64,000 bases of DNA from Alphaproteobacteria bacterium (GTDB lineage: Bacteria; Pseudomonadota; Alphaproteobacteria; Rs-D84; SZUA-605). A model generated the notes under the pieces. The model did not search any database. It worked only from the letters and a program-made list of their open reading frames with translations, and had not been told where the DNA came from. Where the stretch lies: positions 17,841 through 81,840 of the forward strand of contig JAVBPW010000002.1 in NCBI GenBank assembly GCA_031549385.1, in the 5' to 3' direction. Position 1 is the stretch's first letter. Every line of letters begins with the position of its first letter. Position numbers and translations under genes: made by a program. Shown here in pieces: positions 17,409 through 26,020 of the stretch.

Positions 17409-19541
17409 CTATTTTTTCATCAAAAATATTGGTAGTGGAGATGGTTGAGGAATCGCAGCTTTCTCTTTTAATTTGTCATCTTTAAACCATAATGGTGTTT
17501 CTGCTTCAATTGGATAATCCATTTCACCTTGAATTAATACATAATGTTTTCCAAATCCTATGTTTAGCATATCTTTTGCAGATATAATTCTGCTTTTAAC
17601 CATATTCTTTTCTGTTTCAACTGTATTTCCTTTTTCAGTTTTTTCATTCCAGATTTCATCCCAACCTTTTTTGAATTTGTTTTCAATATCTGTCATGTGA
17701 CCTACTAGTTTTTCGAATCTTTCAGCTGCTTCATTATTGTTTTGTCTAAATATGATTTTTGCTGCTGTATTTGATATCATTGTTTCTACTGCTTCTTTTC
17801 CATATCGTTCTTCAATTTGATTTAAATCTTGTCCAATTAAAAGATATGATACTTTTTGTCCACGACCAATTGCAGGTCCGTTTATAACTGCGTCTAATTT
17901 TGGCATTTGTGGAAATTCGTCAAGTACAAATAATGTTGGGAATGGTCCCATTTTTCCATCACGTTCACTTGTTGAATCTGGTTTGTTTGTTATTAAATAA
18001 CGTGACATTAATTCTATAAAGATAGCAGAGATTTTTCCTAGTGCTACTGCGTCTGTTTGGTTTACACTTAAATAAACAGTTACAGGTTTCATTTTTCCAT
18101 CACGAGGGTCTATCATTCCTCTTAAATATTTAAATTTAATATCATTGCGCATTGTTCTTTGACGAACAGCTTCGTTGTTGAAAATATTTATTTCTGTTAA
18201 GAATGTTGATATAACTGATGCTCTTTCTTTGTCACCTGCATTTGCTAGTTTTGTTAGTTCTTGAATTGCACGACGGGAGTAATTAAAACGTTGTCCTTCT
18301 TTTACTAAACTTTGTAAAATTTCTTTCATTGCGTCTGTTTGACCTGCACTATAATCACCCATTTCTTTTCTTTTATTTATTGCGTCTGCAGTTTTGATTT
18401 GAAGATTTGTTATTAAGTCTAACATCATTGGAAAACAAGCTTCTTTGCCTGTCCATTCTTGTGGAATATTATCCCATGTTCCAACTGGTACAAAATTTGA
18501 TGCATTTAATTTTCCTTCACGAAGAAGTACTAATGCACCTGATGCTAGGTTATCAACCATAGACATATAATATGAAGCTAATAATCTTGCATCTTCTGTA
18601 TCAAATGTGTGGTCTTGCATTCTTTTTAAGAAGTAATCACTTGCTCTTGCTCTTTCACATTTTGATACTATTAAATGTACGAATCCTGTTAAGGCATTTC
18701 GGCCTGCTATTGACCAATATGTGTCACCTTTAGTATTTGATTGAATCATTACGTTTACCATTGATTCTACATACATATCTCTTTCTGGTCCAAGTGGTGG
18801 AATACTATCTGGGGCTAATGGATTCCATGATGGGTAAAAAATTCCTTTTTGTGGGTCGTCTTGTTTTCCCCAATCTATTGTAAATGATACTCCTATTTTT
18901 CCACGGTATCCTGAAGTCATTTCAGAAAGTTCTGGCTTTGGGTCGTTTACTATCATACTTACGGTATCATTTTCAAATAATGTTGCTGCCACAATACCGG
19001 CTGATTTTCCAGTTCCTGGAGGAGCAAAACAAAGTACAGAAAATGTTTCGTTTAATTTTATGTATGTCTTTTTTATTTTTCCAAGAACAAATATGAATCC
19101 ATCTTTTACTATTTTCATGTTTTTAACATCATCTTCAGTTGCTTTATGTCCATCGCCATATGCTTTTACATATTTTTTGTATGGATTTAATTTTCCTATA
19201 AAATATTTTGCTACTGGAGCTGTGAAAAGTGGAAGGAATATTATTCCATGAAACATATCTGGAGCTGTAAAAAATGATGGGAGCCATACATATAAATAAT
19301 AACGGAAGATTTCTAATCCACCTGTTTTTACAATTTCTTCCATATATCTTGAAAATAAAATAGGAAAGTTGTTATCAAAACCATTGCGAGCTAAATATTC
19401 TGCAGGGATTGCAAAAATACAAGCTATGTAAACTAAAACATAGTAAAGAGTCCAGGCTTTTATTCTCCAAATAATGCTCTGGGTCTTTTCTTTGCTTTTT
19501 TTATCAAATGATTTTTCAAATCTTTTTTCAATTAGTGCCAT
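17409..19541 (-). CDS. VirD4/TraG-family type IV coupling protein
   Basis: 710 aa. N-terminal TM helices, Walker A FAPPGTGKSAG, Walker B-like LFVLDEFPQMPKL, and overall TraG/VirD4-like layout. Confidence 0.75.
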   Translation of the reverse strand: MALIEKRFEKSFDKKSKEKTQSIIWRIKAWTLYYVLVYIACIFAIPAEYLARNGFDNNFPILFSRYMEEIVKTGGLEIFRYYLYVWLPSFFTAPDMFHGIIFLPLFTAPVAKYFIGKLNPYKKYVKAYGDGHKATEDDVKNMKIVKDGFIFVLGKIKKTYIKLNETFSVLCFAPPGTGKSAGIVAATLFENDTVSMIVNDPKPELSEMTSGYRGKIGVSFTIDWGKQDDPQKGIFYPSWNPLAPDSIPPLGPERDMYVESMVNVMIQSNTKGDTYWSIAGRNALTGFVHLIVSKCERARASDYFLKRMQDHTFDTEDARLLASYYMSMVDNLASGALVLLREGKLNASNFVPVGTWDNIPQEWTGKEACFPMMLDLITNLQIKTADAINKRKEMGDYSAGQTDAMKEILQSLVKEGQRFNYSRRAIQELTKLANAGDKERASVISTFLTEINIFNNEAVRQRTMRNDIKFKYLRGMIDPRDGKMKPVTVYLSVNQTDAVALGKISAIFIELMSRYLITNKPDSTSERDGKMGPFPTLFVLDEFPQMPKLDAVINGPAIGRGQKVSYLLIGQDLNQIEERYGKEAVETMISNTAAKIIFRQNNNEAAERFEKLVGHMTDIENKFKKGWDEIWNEKTEKGNTVETEKNMVKSRIISAKDMLNIGFGKHYVLIQGEMDYPIEAETPLWFKDDKLKEKAAIPQPSPLPIFLMKK

Positions 19542-19673
19542 ACACCCCTCGTTATATGGATATTTATGTTTCTTTTGTATGATAACCTACTTTCCAAAAA
19601 AAAGAAAGAAAATATTTGCATAACGCATTTGTTTATGCTACAATTACTTATATTTAATAAAGGAGTTTTTGAA

Positions 19674-20012
19674 ATGAATAAAAGATTTTTGCCATTTTTC
19701 GCACTATTAGGAATATTTGGTTTATGTGCTGTGTTGCCAGCAGATGCTTTTGCACAAGCTGCAGTTTTGGCTAAACAAGCAGGTAATGTTTTTAAAAATA
19801 TTAGAACATTAGTTTATATTGCAGCTGCTATTGCTATTATATGGCAAGGTGCAGATATGATTATGAATGGTGGAACAGCTATTAATTGGGCGCCAATAAG
19901 AGGTATTGCTTATGGTCTTATTCTTGTTTATGCAGCAAGCTGGATTGTACAAGGTTTAGTTGCTCTTACAGGTGGTGGCAATGAAGGCGGTATAATCGGA
20001 GCTAATTTCTAG
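19674..20012 (+). CDS. VirB2/TrbC-like small pilin-type membrane protein
   Basis: 112 aa from ATG 19674 (AAAGGAG 8 nt upstream). Signal peptide ending AFAQA, two hydrophobic helices, C-terminal ALTGGG tail similar to VirB2. Confidence 0.45.
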   Translation: MNKRFLPFFALLGIFGLCAVLPADAFAQAAVLAKQAGNVFKNIRTLVYIAAAIAIIWQGADMIMNGGTAINWAPIRGIAYGLILVYAASWIVQGLVALTGGGNEGGIIGANF

Positions 20013-20033
20013 AAATAGAATTTTAAAAAATAA

Positions 20034-20061
20034 AATCCCCTGACAAAAAGGGGATTTTTTT
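20034..20061 (+). terminator. intrinsic terminator
   Basis: AATCCCC-loop-GGGGATT hairpin followed by a T-run. Confidence 0.7.
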
Positions 20062-20117
20062 GTTTGCATTTGCAAGTTTTTTTATTAACCTTATAACTTA
20101 TAAAAAAGGAGACTTTT

Positions 20118-21272
20118 ATGACTACATTAAATAATGAACAACGTTTTAATATTATCACTCGTAATTTAGAAGAAATTATTGGCGAGGATGATTTACGATA
20201 TATGTTGGATAGTGGAGCTCCTATTAATCACTATATAGGTTTTGAAATTTCTGGAAAGCCTCATATTGGACAGGCTTTGATTGTTATGCAAAAAGTTAAA
20301 GATTTAATGGACGCAGGGGTTAATGTTAATTTCTTGCTTGCTGATTTGCATACATACTTAAATGGAAAGCTTAATGGTGATATGAAGTTAATTGCTGAAG
20401 TGAGAGATGGTTACTTTACTGAAATTATTAAAGCTTCAATTATGATGCTTGGAGGGGAACCTGAAAAATTAAACTTTATTAAAGGTGGGGAATATTATGC
20501 TGCCCATCCTGATTACTGGACCACATTTTTAGAAATTTCTAAAAACACTACACTTGCTCGAATTGAACGTTCTATTTCTATTATGGGAAGAACAGATGGT
20601 GAATCTCAAGACTTTGGAACATTGTGTTATCCTCCTATGCAAGCAGCTGATATTTTTGCGATGAAAATTAATATTGTTCAAGGTGGAATTGATCAAAGAA
20701 AAATTCATGTGGTTATGAGAGATGTGGCTAAATATATTAAAACTAATGCGCCTGAATTTAATGGAAAATTTTTAAAGCCAGTTGCTATTCATACTCCACT
20801 TTTACCTGCGCTTGATGCCCCAGCTGTTTGGCCATTGCCTGAAGGTTGTGATATGAAGCAAATGCAAATAGATATGAAGATGAGTAAGTCTAAACCTGGT
20901 GGAGCTATTTATATCGACGATGAACCAGAAAAAATTAAGAAAACTATTATGAAAGGTTTTTGTGCTGAAAAAGAAATTGAATATAATCCTATTTTAGAAT
21001 GGGTTAAAATGATTGTGTTCGATAGAGATGGGAAGGAAATTACTATTGTCAGACCAGAACAATATGGTGGAAATATTTCTTTTAAAGATTATGAAGATTT
21101 GAAAAAGAAATTTGCTGATGGTTTGGTGCATCCTATTGATGTGAAAAACTTTTTGGCAGATTACTTAATAAATCTTTTTGCACCAGCGAGAGAACATTTT
21201 GCAAAATCTCCGTATAGGGAAATGAAAGCAAGGACAGAAGAAATTTTAGAATCAGTTAAAAAGAAGAGATAA
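20118..21272 (+). CDS. tyrS: tyrosine--tRNA ligase, archaeal/eukaryotic type
   Basis: Aligns by eye with M. jannaschii TyrRS (YIGFEISGKPHIGQ, LLADLHTYLN, GGIDQRKIH, KMSKSKP). Confidence 0.85.
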   Translation: MTTLNNEQRFNIITRNLEEIIGEDDLRYMLDSGAPINHYIGFEISGKPHIGQALIVMQKVKDLMDAGVNVNFLLADLHTYLNGKLNGDMKLIAEVRDGYFTEIIKASIMMLGGEPEKLNFIKGGEYYAAHPDYWTTFLEISKNTTLARIERSISIMGRTDGESQDFGTLCYPPMQAADIFAMKINIVQGGIDQRKIHVVMRDVAKYIKTNAPEFNGKFLKPVAIHTPLLPALDAPAVWPLPEGCDMKQMQIDMKMSKSKPGGAIYIDDEPEKIKKTIMKGFCAEKEIEYNPILEWVKMIVFDRDGKEITIVRPEQYGGNISFKDYEDLKKKFADGLVHPIDVKNFLADYLINLFAPAREHFAKSPYREMKARTEEILESVKKKR

Positions 21273-21276
21273 TGGG

Positions 21277-21398
21277 ACGCGTTGAAAATGGGCTGTAAAC
21301 AAAAAGAAATGAAAATTACCAAACAATCACGTATGTTTAATACGCTCATGCTTGGAAATTTTAATTTTTTTCGTTTTCGTTCCATTTTGAACGGTCGT
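21277..21398 (+). repeat. palindromic intergenic element, copy 3
   Basis: Core AACAATCACGTATGTTTAATACGCTCATGC. Arms ACGCGTTGAAAATGG...ACCAA and TTGG...CCATTTTGAACGGTCGT are complementary, with compensatory changes relative to the other copies. Confidence 0.7.
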
Positions 21399-21416
21399 GG
21401 ATAATAAGGATAAGAT

Positions 21417-22832
21417 ATGATAGGGAAAGTGAAAGTATTTAATACTATGACAAGAAAGGTAGAAGATTTTGAGCCAGTACATGCTGGAAAGGTTGGGTTT
21501 TATTCTTGTGGGCCTACTGTTTATTCTGAACCTCATATTGGGAATACTAGAGCTGCTTTGTTTGCTGACTTGTTAAAGAAAATGTTAGTACTTGCAGGAT
21601 ATGATGTTAAACATGTTATGAATATTACTGATGTAGGACATTTAGTTGGTGATAGTGATGATGGTGAAGATAAAATAGAAAAAGAAGCTTCTGCTAAAGG
21701 AATAACTGCAAAAGATATTGCTGAAAAATATACTAAGATATTTTTTGATTATACTTCTGTTTTAAATATTAATATTCCTGATGTTGTTGCTAAAGTTACT
21801 GACCATATTCCAGAACAAATTGATTTTATTAAAGTATTGGAAGAAAAGGGTTTTACCTATCAAACATCTGATGGAATTTATTTTGATACTTCAAAATTAA
21901 ACGATTATGGTAAATTGGCAAAACTTGATATTGAAGGTTTGGAAGCTGGATCAAGAGTTGATGTAGGTGAAAAGAAAAATTTAACTGATTTTGCTTTGTG
22001 GAAGTTTTCTCCATCAGATGGAGCTAAGAGACAACAAGAATGGAATAGCCCTTGGGGTGTTGGTTTTCCTGGTTGGCATCTTGAATGTTCAGCATTATCT
22101 TTAAAATATTTAGGATTTCCTTTTGATATTCATTCTGGTGGGTCTGATGCTATACCAGTTCATCATACTAATGAAATAGCTCAAAATGAAGCATACTGTG
22201 GATGTAATAGTGTTAAATATTGGATGCATGTAGGAATGCTTATTATGCCAGGGGGGGCTAAAATGTCTAAATCTCTTGGGCATAAGCAAACAGTTAAAAC
22301 TGAACTGTTAGATAAGGGTATTGATCCGCTTGCTTATAGATATCTATGTTTGACTGCTCATTATAGGTCGCAAATGATATTTTCTGAGGAAGCTTTAAGA
22401 GATAGTGCAACTGCATTGAAAAGATTACAAGCTAAGGCTTTGAAGATTAAAGAAGAAGCTAAAGATAGTACTACAGTTGGAGAAATAAGTGAAGGGGTTC
22501 AAGGTTTTTGCAAAAGAATTTCAGATGCTTTATTTGATGATCTACAAACTCCTAATGCTTTAGTTGCTTTCCGTGAAGCTTTGGATAGTGATATTTCAAA
22601 TGTAGAAAAGCTATATATTATTGAACGATTTGATTCTGTATTTTGTTTGGATCTTTTAAAAGAAAAAGCAGAATTGGAAATTCCTCAAGAAGTACAAGAT
22701 TTGCTTGAAAAACGTCAAATTGCACGTGCTAATAAAGATTTTAAGGCTTCTGATGAGTTGAGAGATAAGATTGCAGCGCTGGGGTTTGTTGTTAAGGATG
22801 GAAAAGATGGGCAAACTGTAGAAAAGATTTAA
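21417..22832 (+). CDS. cysS: cysteine--tRNA ligase
   Basis: HIGN (HIGH-type) and KMSKSLG motifs. Length and layout match CysRS. Confidence 0.9.
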   Translation: MIGKVKVFNTMTRKVEDFEPVHAGKVGFYSCGPTVYSEPHIGNTRAALFADLLKKMLVLAGYDVKHVMNITDVGHLVGDSDDGEDKIEKEASAKGITAKDIAEKYTKIFFDYTSVLNINIPDVVAKVTDHIPEQIDFIKVLEEKGFTYQTSDGIYFDTSKLNDYGKLAKLDIEGLEAGSRVDVGEKKNLTDFALWKFSPSDGAKRQQEWNSPWGVGFPGWHLECSALSLKYLGFPFDIHSGGSDAIPVHHTNEIAQNEAYCGCNSVKYWMHVGMLIMPGGAKMSKSLGHKQTVKTELLDKGIDPLAYRYLCLTAHYRSQMIFSEEALRDSATALKRLQAKALKIKEEAKDSTTVGEISEGVQGFCKRISDALFDDLQTPNALVAFREALDSDISNVEKLYIIERFDSVFCLDLLKEKAELEIPQEVQDLLEKRQIARANKDFKASDELRDKIAALGFVVKDGKDGQTVEKI

Positions 22833-22856
22833 GAAGTGATAATATATGTTAAAAAT

Positions 22857-22878
22857 GGAGCTGAAAAAGCTCCTTTTT
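22857..22878 (+). terminator. intrinsic terminator
   Basis: GGAGC-TGAAAAA-GCTCC hairpin followed by TTTTT. Confidence 0.65.
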
Positions 22879-22908
22879 GATTGATAAATATAAATTATCA
22901 GATTTTAG

Positions 22909-22936
22909 TTGACAAATATATAAAAAGAGCTATATT
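22909..22936 (+). promoter_or_regulatory. candidate sigma70-type promoter
   Basis: TTGACA at 22909-22914, 16-nt spacer, TATATT at 22931-22936, about 40 nt upstream of the ORF at 22976. Confidence 0.4.
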
Positions 22937-22975
22937 TAGAGTATTCTTAGTAGAAATAAACTTAAAAATAAAAAT

Positions 22976-23455
22976 ATGAGACCAGATGAAATTTTTAATA
23001 ATCTGAAGCAGGGTAAGGCTTCTGTAGAAGATTTTTCCCAATATGTTAGAGAAAATCCTATGAAAGTAACATTTACTGGGGTTATTAACTCTATAAGGGG
23101 TTGGTTTGATCACGTTTTACAAATGCAAATAATTAATGCCTTTATTGATATTCGGCCTATATCAGATGCTGGGTTTGAAGCGTTAATTACCGAGGCTTCT
23201 TTTCGAAAGGGTTTATACTTTTTGGAAATTGTTGTTGAGAAAACAAGGTTTTCAGAAAAAACAGAGGCTGCGTTTGTGTATCAATGTTTGGTGAAGGAAT
23301 GGGATGATTTGTTGAATGATTATTATAAAAAATATAATTTTCATAATGCTACATTTGACTTCATGCTGCAAATTGAAAAGTTTAAACAGACGCTAAACAA
23401 TGCGGTGAAACAAGGAAGGCCACTCAAGTGGCTCCAAAAAATATTGTGTTCATGA
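22976..23455 (+). CDS. hypothetical protein
   Basis: 159-aa ORF with its own promoter-like site and a downstream terminator. No motif recognised. Confidence 0.4.
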   Translation: MRPDEIFNNLKQGKASVEDFSQYVRENPMKVTFTGVINSIRGWFDHVLQMQIINAFIDIRPISDAGFEALITEASFRKGLYFLEIVVEKTRFSEKTEAAFVYQCLVKEWDDLLNDYYKKYNFHNATFDFMLQIEKFKQTLNNAVKQGRPLKWLQKILCS

Positions 23456-23533
23456 GTTAAGTTTTATGTGTTAGTGAAGTGAGATTGGGGGCTAGTGATA
23501 GGCCTCCTTTCTTTTTTATTGAAAAGGTATTAA

Positions 23534-23564
23534 AAAAGAGGGCAATTGCCCTCTTAATTTTTTG
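23534..23564. terminator. bidirectional intrinsic terminator
   Basis: AAGAGGGC-AATT-GCCCTCTT perfect hairpin with an A-run before and a T-run after, between convergent genes. Confidence 0.7.
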
Positions 23565-23574
23565 AAGTTAAATC

Positions 23575-24024
23575 TTATTTAACTACAGATACTCCGCGAC
23601 GGTTCTTTGACCATGCTTCTTCTGTGTTACCCAATACTTCTGGTCTTTCTTTTCCATAAGATATTGTTGTAATACGAGATGAATCAACGCCTTTTGATGC
23701 TAAATATTCTTTAACAGCATTAGCACGTCTTGCACCTAAAGCTTGGTTGTATTCTCTTGTTCCTCTTTCGTCACAATGTCCTTCAACTTTCAAAGCTTTG
23801 TCTTTGAATGTTTCTAGCCATAATGCTTGCATATCAAGAGTTGATTGTGCGTCTGATCTGATATCTGATCTGTCAAAATCAAAGTACACTTTGTTTCCTG
23901 CACGAGCTACGAAGTCTTGTGCTGTTCCTGGTGTTATTCCATCAATTGGATCTGGCAATTGGCTTGTAGATCCGCAAGCTGATAATAATAGAGCAGTCAT
24001 TGCAATGCTTAGAACTTTTTTCAT
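23575..24024 (-). CDS. pal: peptidoglycan-associated lipoprotein
   Basis: Lipobox LLSAC. OmpA_C-like domain (FDFDRSDIR..., EGHCDERGTREYNQALGARRA). Confidence 0.9.
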   Translation of the reverse strand: MKKVLSIAMTALLLSACGSTSQLPDPIDGITPGTAQDFVARAGNKVYFDFDRSDIRSDAQSTLDMQALWLETFKDKALKVEGHCDERGTREYNQALGARRANAVKEYLASKGVDSSRITTISYGKERPEVLGNTEEAWSKNRRGVSVVK

Positions 24025-24107
24025 AATTTTCTCCTTTACTTAAGTTACTTTTAAAAGTATGCTTGCATATTATATAAAAAATAATTGAAAATTGCAAGGG
24101 GTAATGT

Positions 24108-24848
24108 GTGGAAGATCCTATAATTTTGAAAAATTTGTTGGATTTTTTTATTCAAGCAGGTGTGGATGAAAACATCTCTGAAGAAAGCATTGACAATTAT
24201 GAAATAAAGAAATCTAAAAATACTATTACTATTAATAAACAAGAGAATTCTGCGTTTGTTAAAAATGTTTCTGTTTCAGAAAAGACTGAAAAATTCCTTG
24301 AAAATGTTGATACATTAGATGGCTTGAAACAAGCGTTATTTGATTTTGATAATGAATTAAAAAATTATTGTATTAATACTATTTTTGGAAGGGGAGTTTA
24401 TAATCCTATTGTTTTGGTTCTTGGGGAAATGCCTAATGCTGATACCGATAAAAGTGGAAATGCTTTTTCTGGAAATAGTGGTGTTCTTCTTGAAAAAATG
24501 TTAGGTGCTATTGGTCTTTCTGATCAAAATAATGCCTTTTTAAGTTATGTCTTTCCTTATAAAACACCAGGGAATAGAGTGCCTACTACTGATGAAATGT
24601 CTGTTATGATTCCGTTTGCAAAAAGATTGATTAAACTTTTAAATCCTAAGATTGTTATAAGTTTGGGAGTTGTGCCTCTTAATGCTTTGACCGATAACAA
24701 TTATACTATTTCAAAAAATCATGGAGATGTGGTTGATTATAATGGTGTTAAATTTGTTGCTATCCATGAACCTGATGTGCTTTTGATGGATCTATCTAAG
24801 AAGGTGGTGGCGTGGGAAGATCTTCAAAATATCCAAAAATTATTTTAA
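24108..24848 (+). CDS. uracil-DNA glycosylase, family 4, with N-terminal extension
   Basis: GEMPNADTDKSGNAFSG motif (family-4 GExPG...G.PF.G type) and a C-terminal HP-type motif region. GTG start behind AAGGGG. Confidence 0.75.
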   Translation: MEDPIILKNLLDFFIQAGVDENISEESIDNYEIKKSKNTITINKQENSAFVKNVSVSEKTEKFLENVDTLDGLKQALFDFDNELKNYCINTIFGRGVYNPIVLVLGEMPNADTDKSGNAFSGNSGVLLEKMLGAIGLSDQNNAFLSYVFPYKTPGNRVPTTDEMSVMIPFAKRLIKLLNPKIVISLGVVPLNALTDNNYTISKNHGDVVDYNGVKFVAIHEPDVLLMDLSKKVVAWEDLQNIQKLF

Positions 24849-24975
24849 AAACTAATTCTGTTGACTGTGATTCAAAAAGAGTCGAAAGTTCACTTCACAA
24901 TCACGTATGTTTAATACGCTCATGCGAAGATGACTTTCAACTTTTTTGTTCTCGTCTAACATAATTAATTTTTTT
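24847..24975 (+). repeat. palindromic intergenic element, copy 4
   Basis: Core CACAATCACGTATGTTTAATACGCTCATGCGAA. ~50-nt arms (AAAAACTAATTCTGTTGAC...GAAAGTTCACTTC versus GAAGATGACTTTC...ATAATTAATTTTTTT) are complementary. Confidence 0.75.
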
Positions 24976-25066
24976 AAAAAAGTTTGCTCTTGTTTTAATT
25001 TTTTATTTGCTTGAAATTTTGGGAAAATTTTGGTAGCTTTTTTCTATATGTAAAAAGGAGTTTGTT

Positions 25067-25924
25067 TTGAAGAATCCTAAAGTTTCTGTGCTTATACCTG
25101 TATTTAATACTCAAGAAGAACATTTGAGAATGGCTATTGATAGCGTTTTATCTCAAACTTATAAAGACTTTGAAGTTATTATAGTTAATAATTCACCTGA
25201 AAATGCAAATGTAAATAAGGTTTTGAAGACTTATACTGATAAACGTATTAAGTTTTTTACTAATAAAAAAAATATGGGAATTTCAGATACTCGTAATCAA
25301 ATGGTTGATCTTGCAACTGGCGAATACCTAGCTGTTATGGATCATGATGATATTTCTTTGCCTAATAGATTTGAAGAAGAAGTTAAATATTTAGATGCTC
25401 ACCCAGAAGTAGGAGTTGTTTCTTGTTGGGTTAAAACCTATCCTGTTGGTAAATTATGGAAATATCCAGTGGAAAGTTCTGATATCAAAGTTGCTTTAAT
25501 GGAAAAAAGTTTGATTGCTCATTCACCTGCTATGATCAGAAAGAAAGTTTTAACTGATAATAAAATTAAATATGAATCTGCTTTTTCACCAGCTGAAGAT
25601 TATGCGTTGTGGTGCAGATTAATTAATCTTACTGAATTCCATAATATTCCAGAAGTTTTATTCCATTATAGAATGCATGAAACAAATGCTCATAAGGTTT
25701 TTAGTGATAAAATGGAAAAGGCTACTTATGCTGTGAGAGATTTTGTGCAAAAACAAAATCCAGTTTTATATCAACAATATTTATCAAGAATTACCTATAA
25801 AACTGTTACTAATCTTTTTGGATTTATTCCTTTTTTACTTACTAAGAAAAAGGGGAATTGTATTAAGTATTATCTGTTTAGAGTAATTCCTGTGTTTACA
25901 TCAAAAACAAAATCTATTATTTAA
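25067..25924 (+). CDS. family 2 glycosyltransferase
   Basis: VSVLIPVFN start, DD and ED motifs typical of the GT2 GT-A fold. TTG start behind AAGGAG. Confidence 0.8.
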   Translation: MKNPKVSVLIPVFNTQEEHLRMAIDSVLSQTYKDFEVIIVNNSPENANVNKVLKTYTDKRIKFFTNKKNMGISDTRNQMVDLATGEYLAVMDHDDISLPNRFEEEVKYLDAHPEVGVVSCWVKTYPVGKLWKYPVESSDIKVALMEKSLIAHSPAMIRKKVLTDNKIKYESAFSPAEDYALWCRLINLTEFHNIPEVLFHYRMHETNAHKVFSDKMEKATYAVRDFVQKQNPVLYQQYLSRITYKTVTNLFGFIPFLLTKKKGNCIKYYLFRVIPVFTSKTKSII

Positions 25925-26020
25925 AAGATTGTTGTAATTTTTAATAAATTGAATATTATTATAAATAAATAGGATTTAATTCCTATATATTTGTTGTAAT
26001 TTGAATTTCAGGAGTTACCT

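Noticed and set aside
9934-20061. Interpreting the pil/VirD4 block as an integrated conjugative element or prophage.
   Set aside because: No integrase, relaxase, VirB4, replication or partition genes, tRNA attachment site or direct repeats were seen. Composition and codon style match the flanking core genes on both sides.
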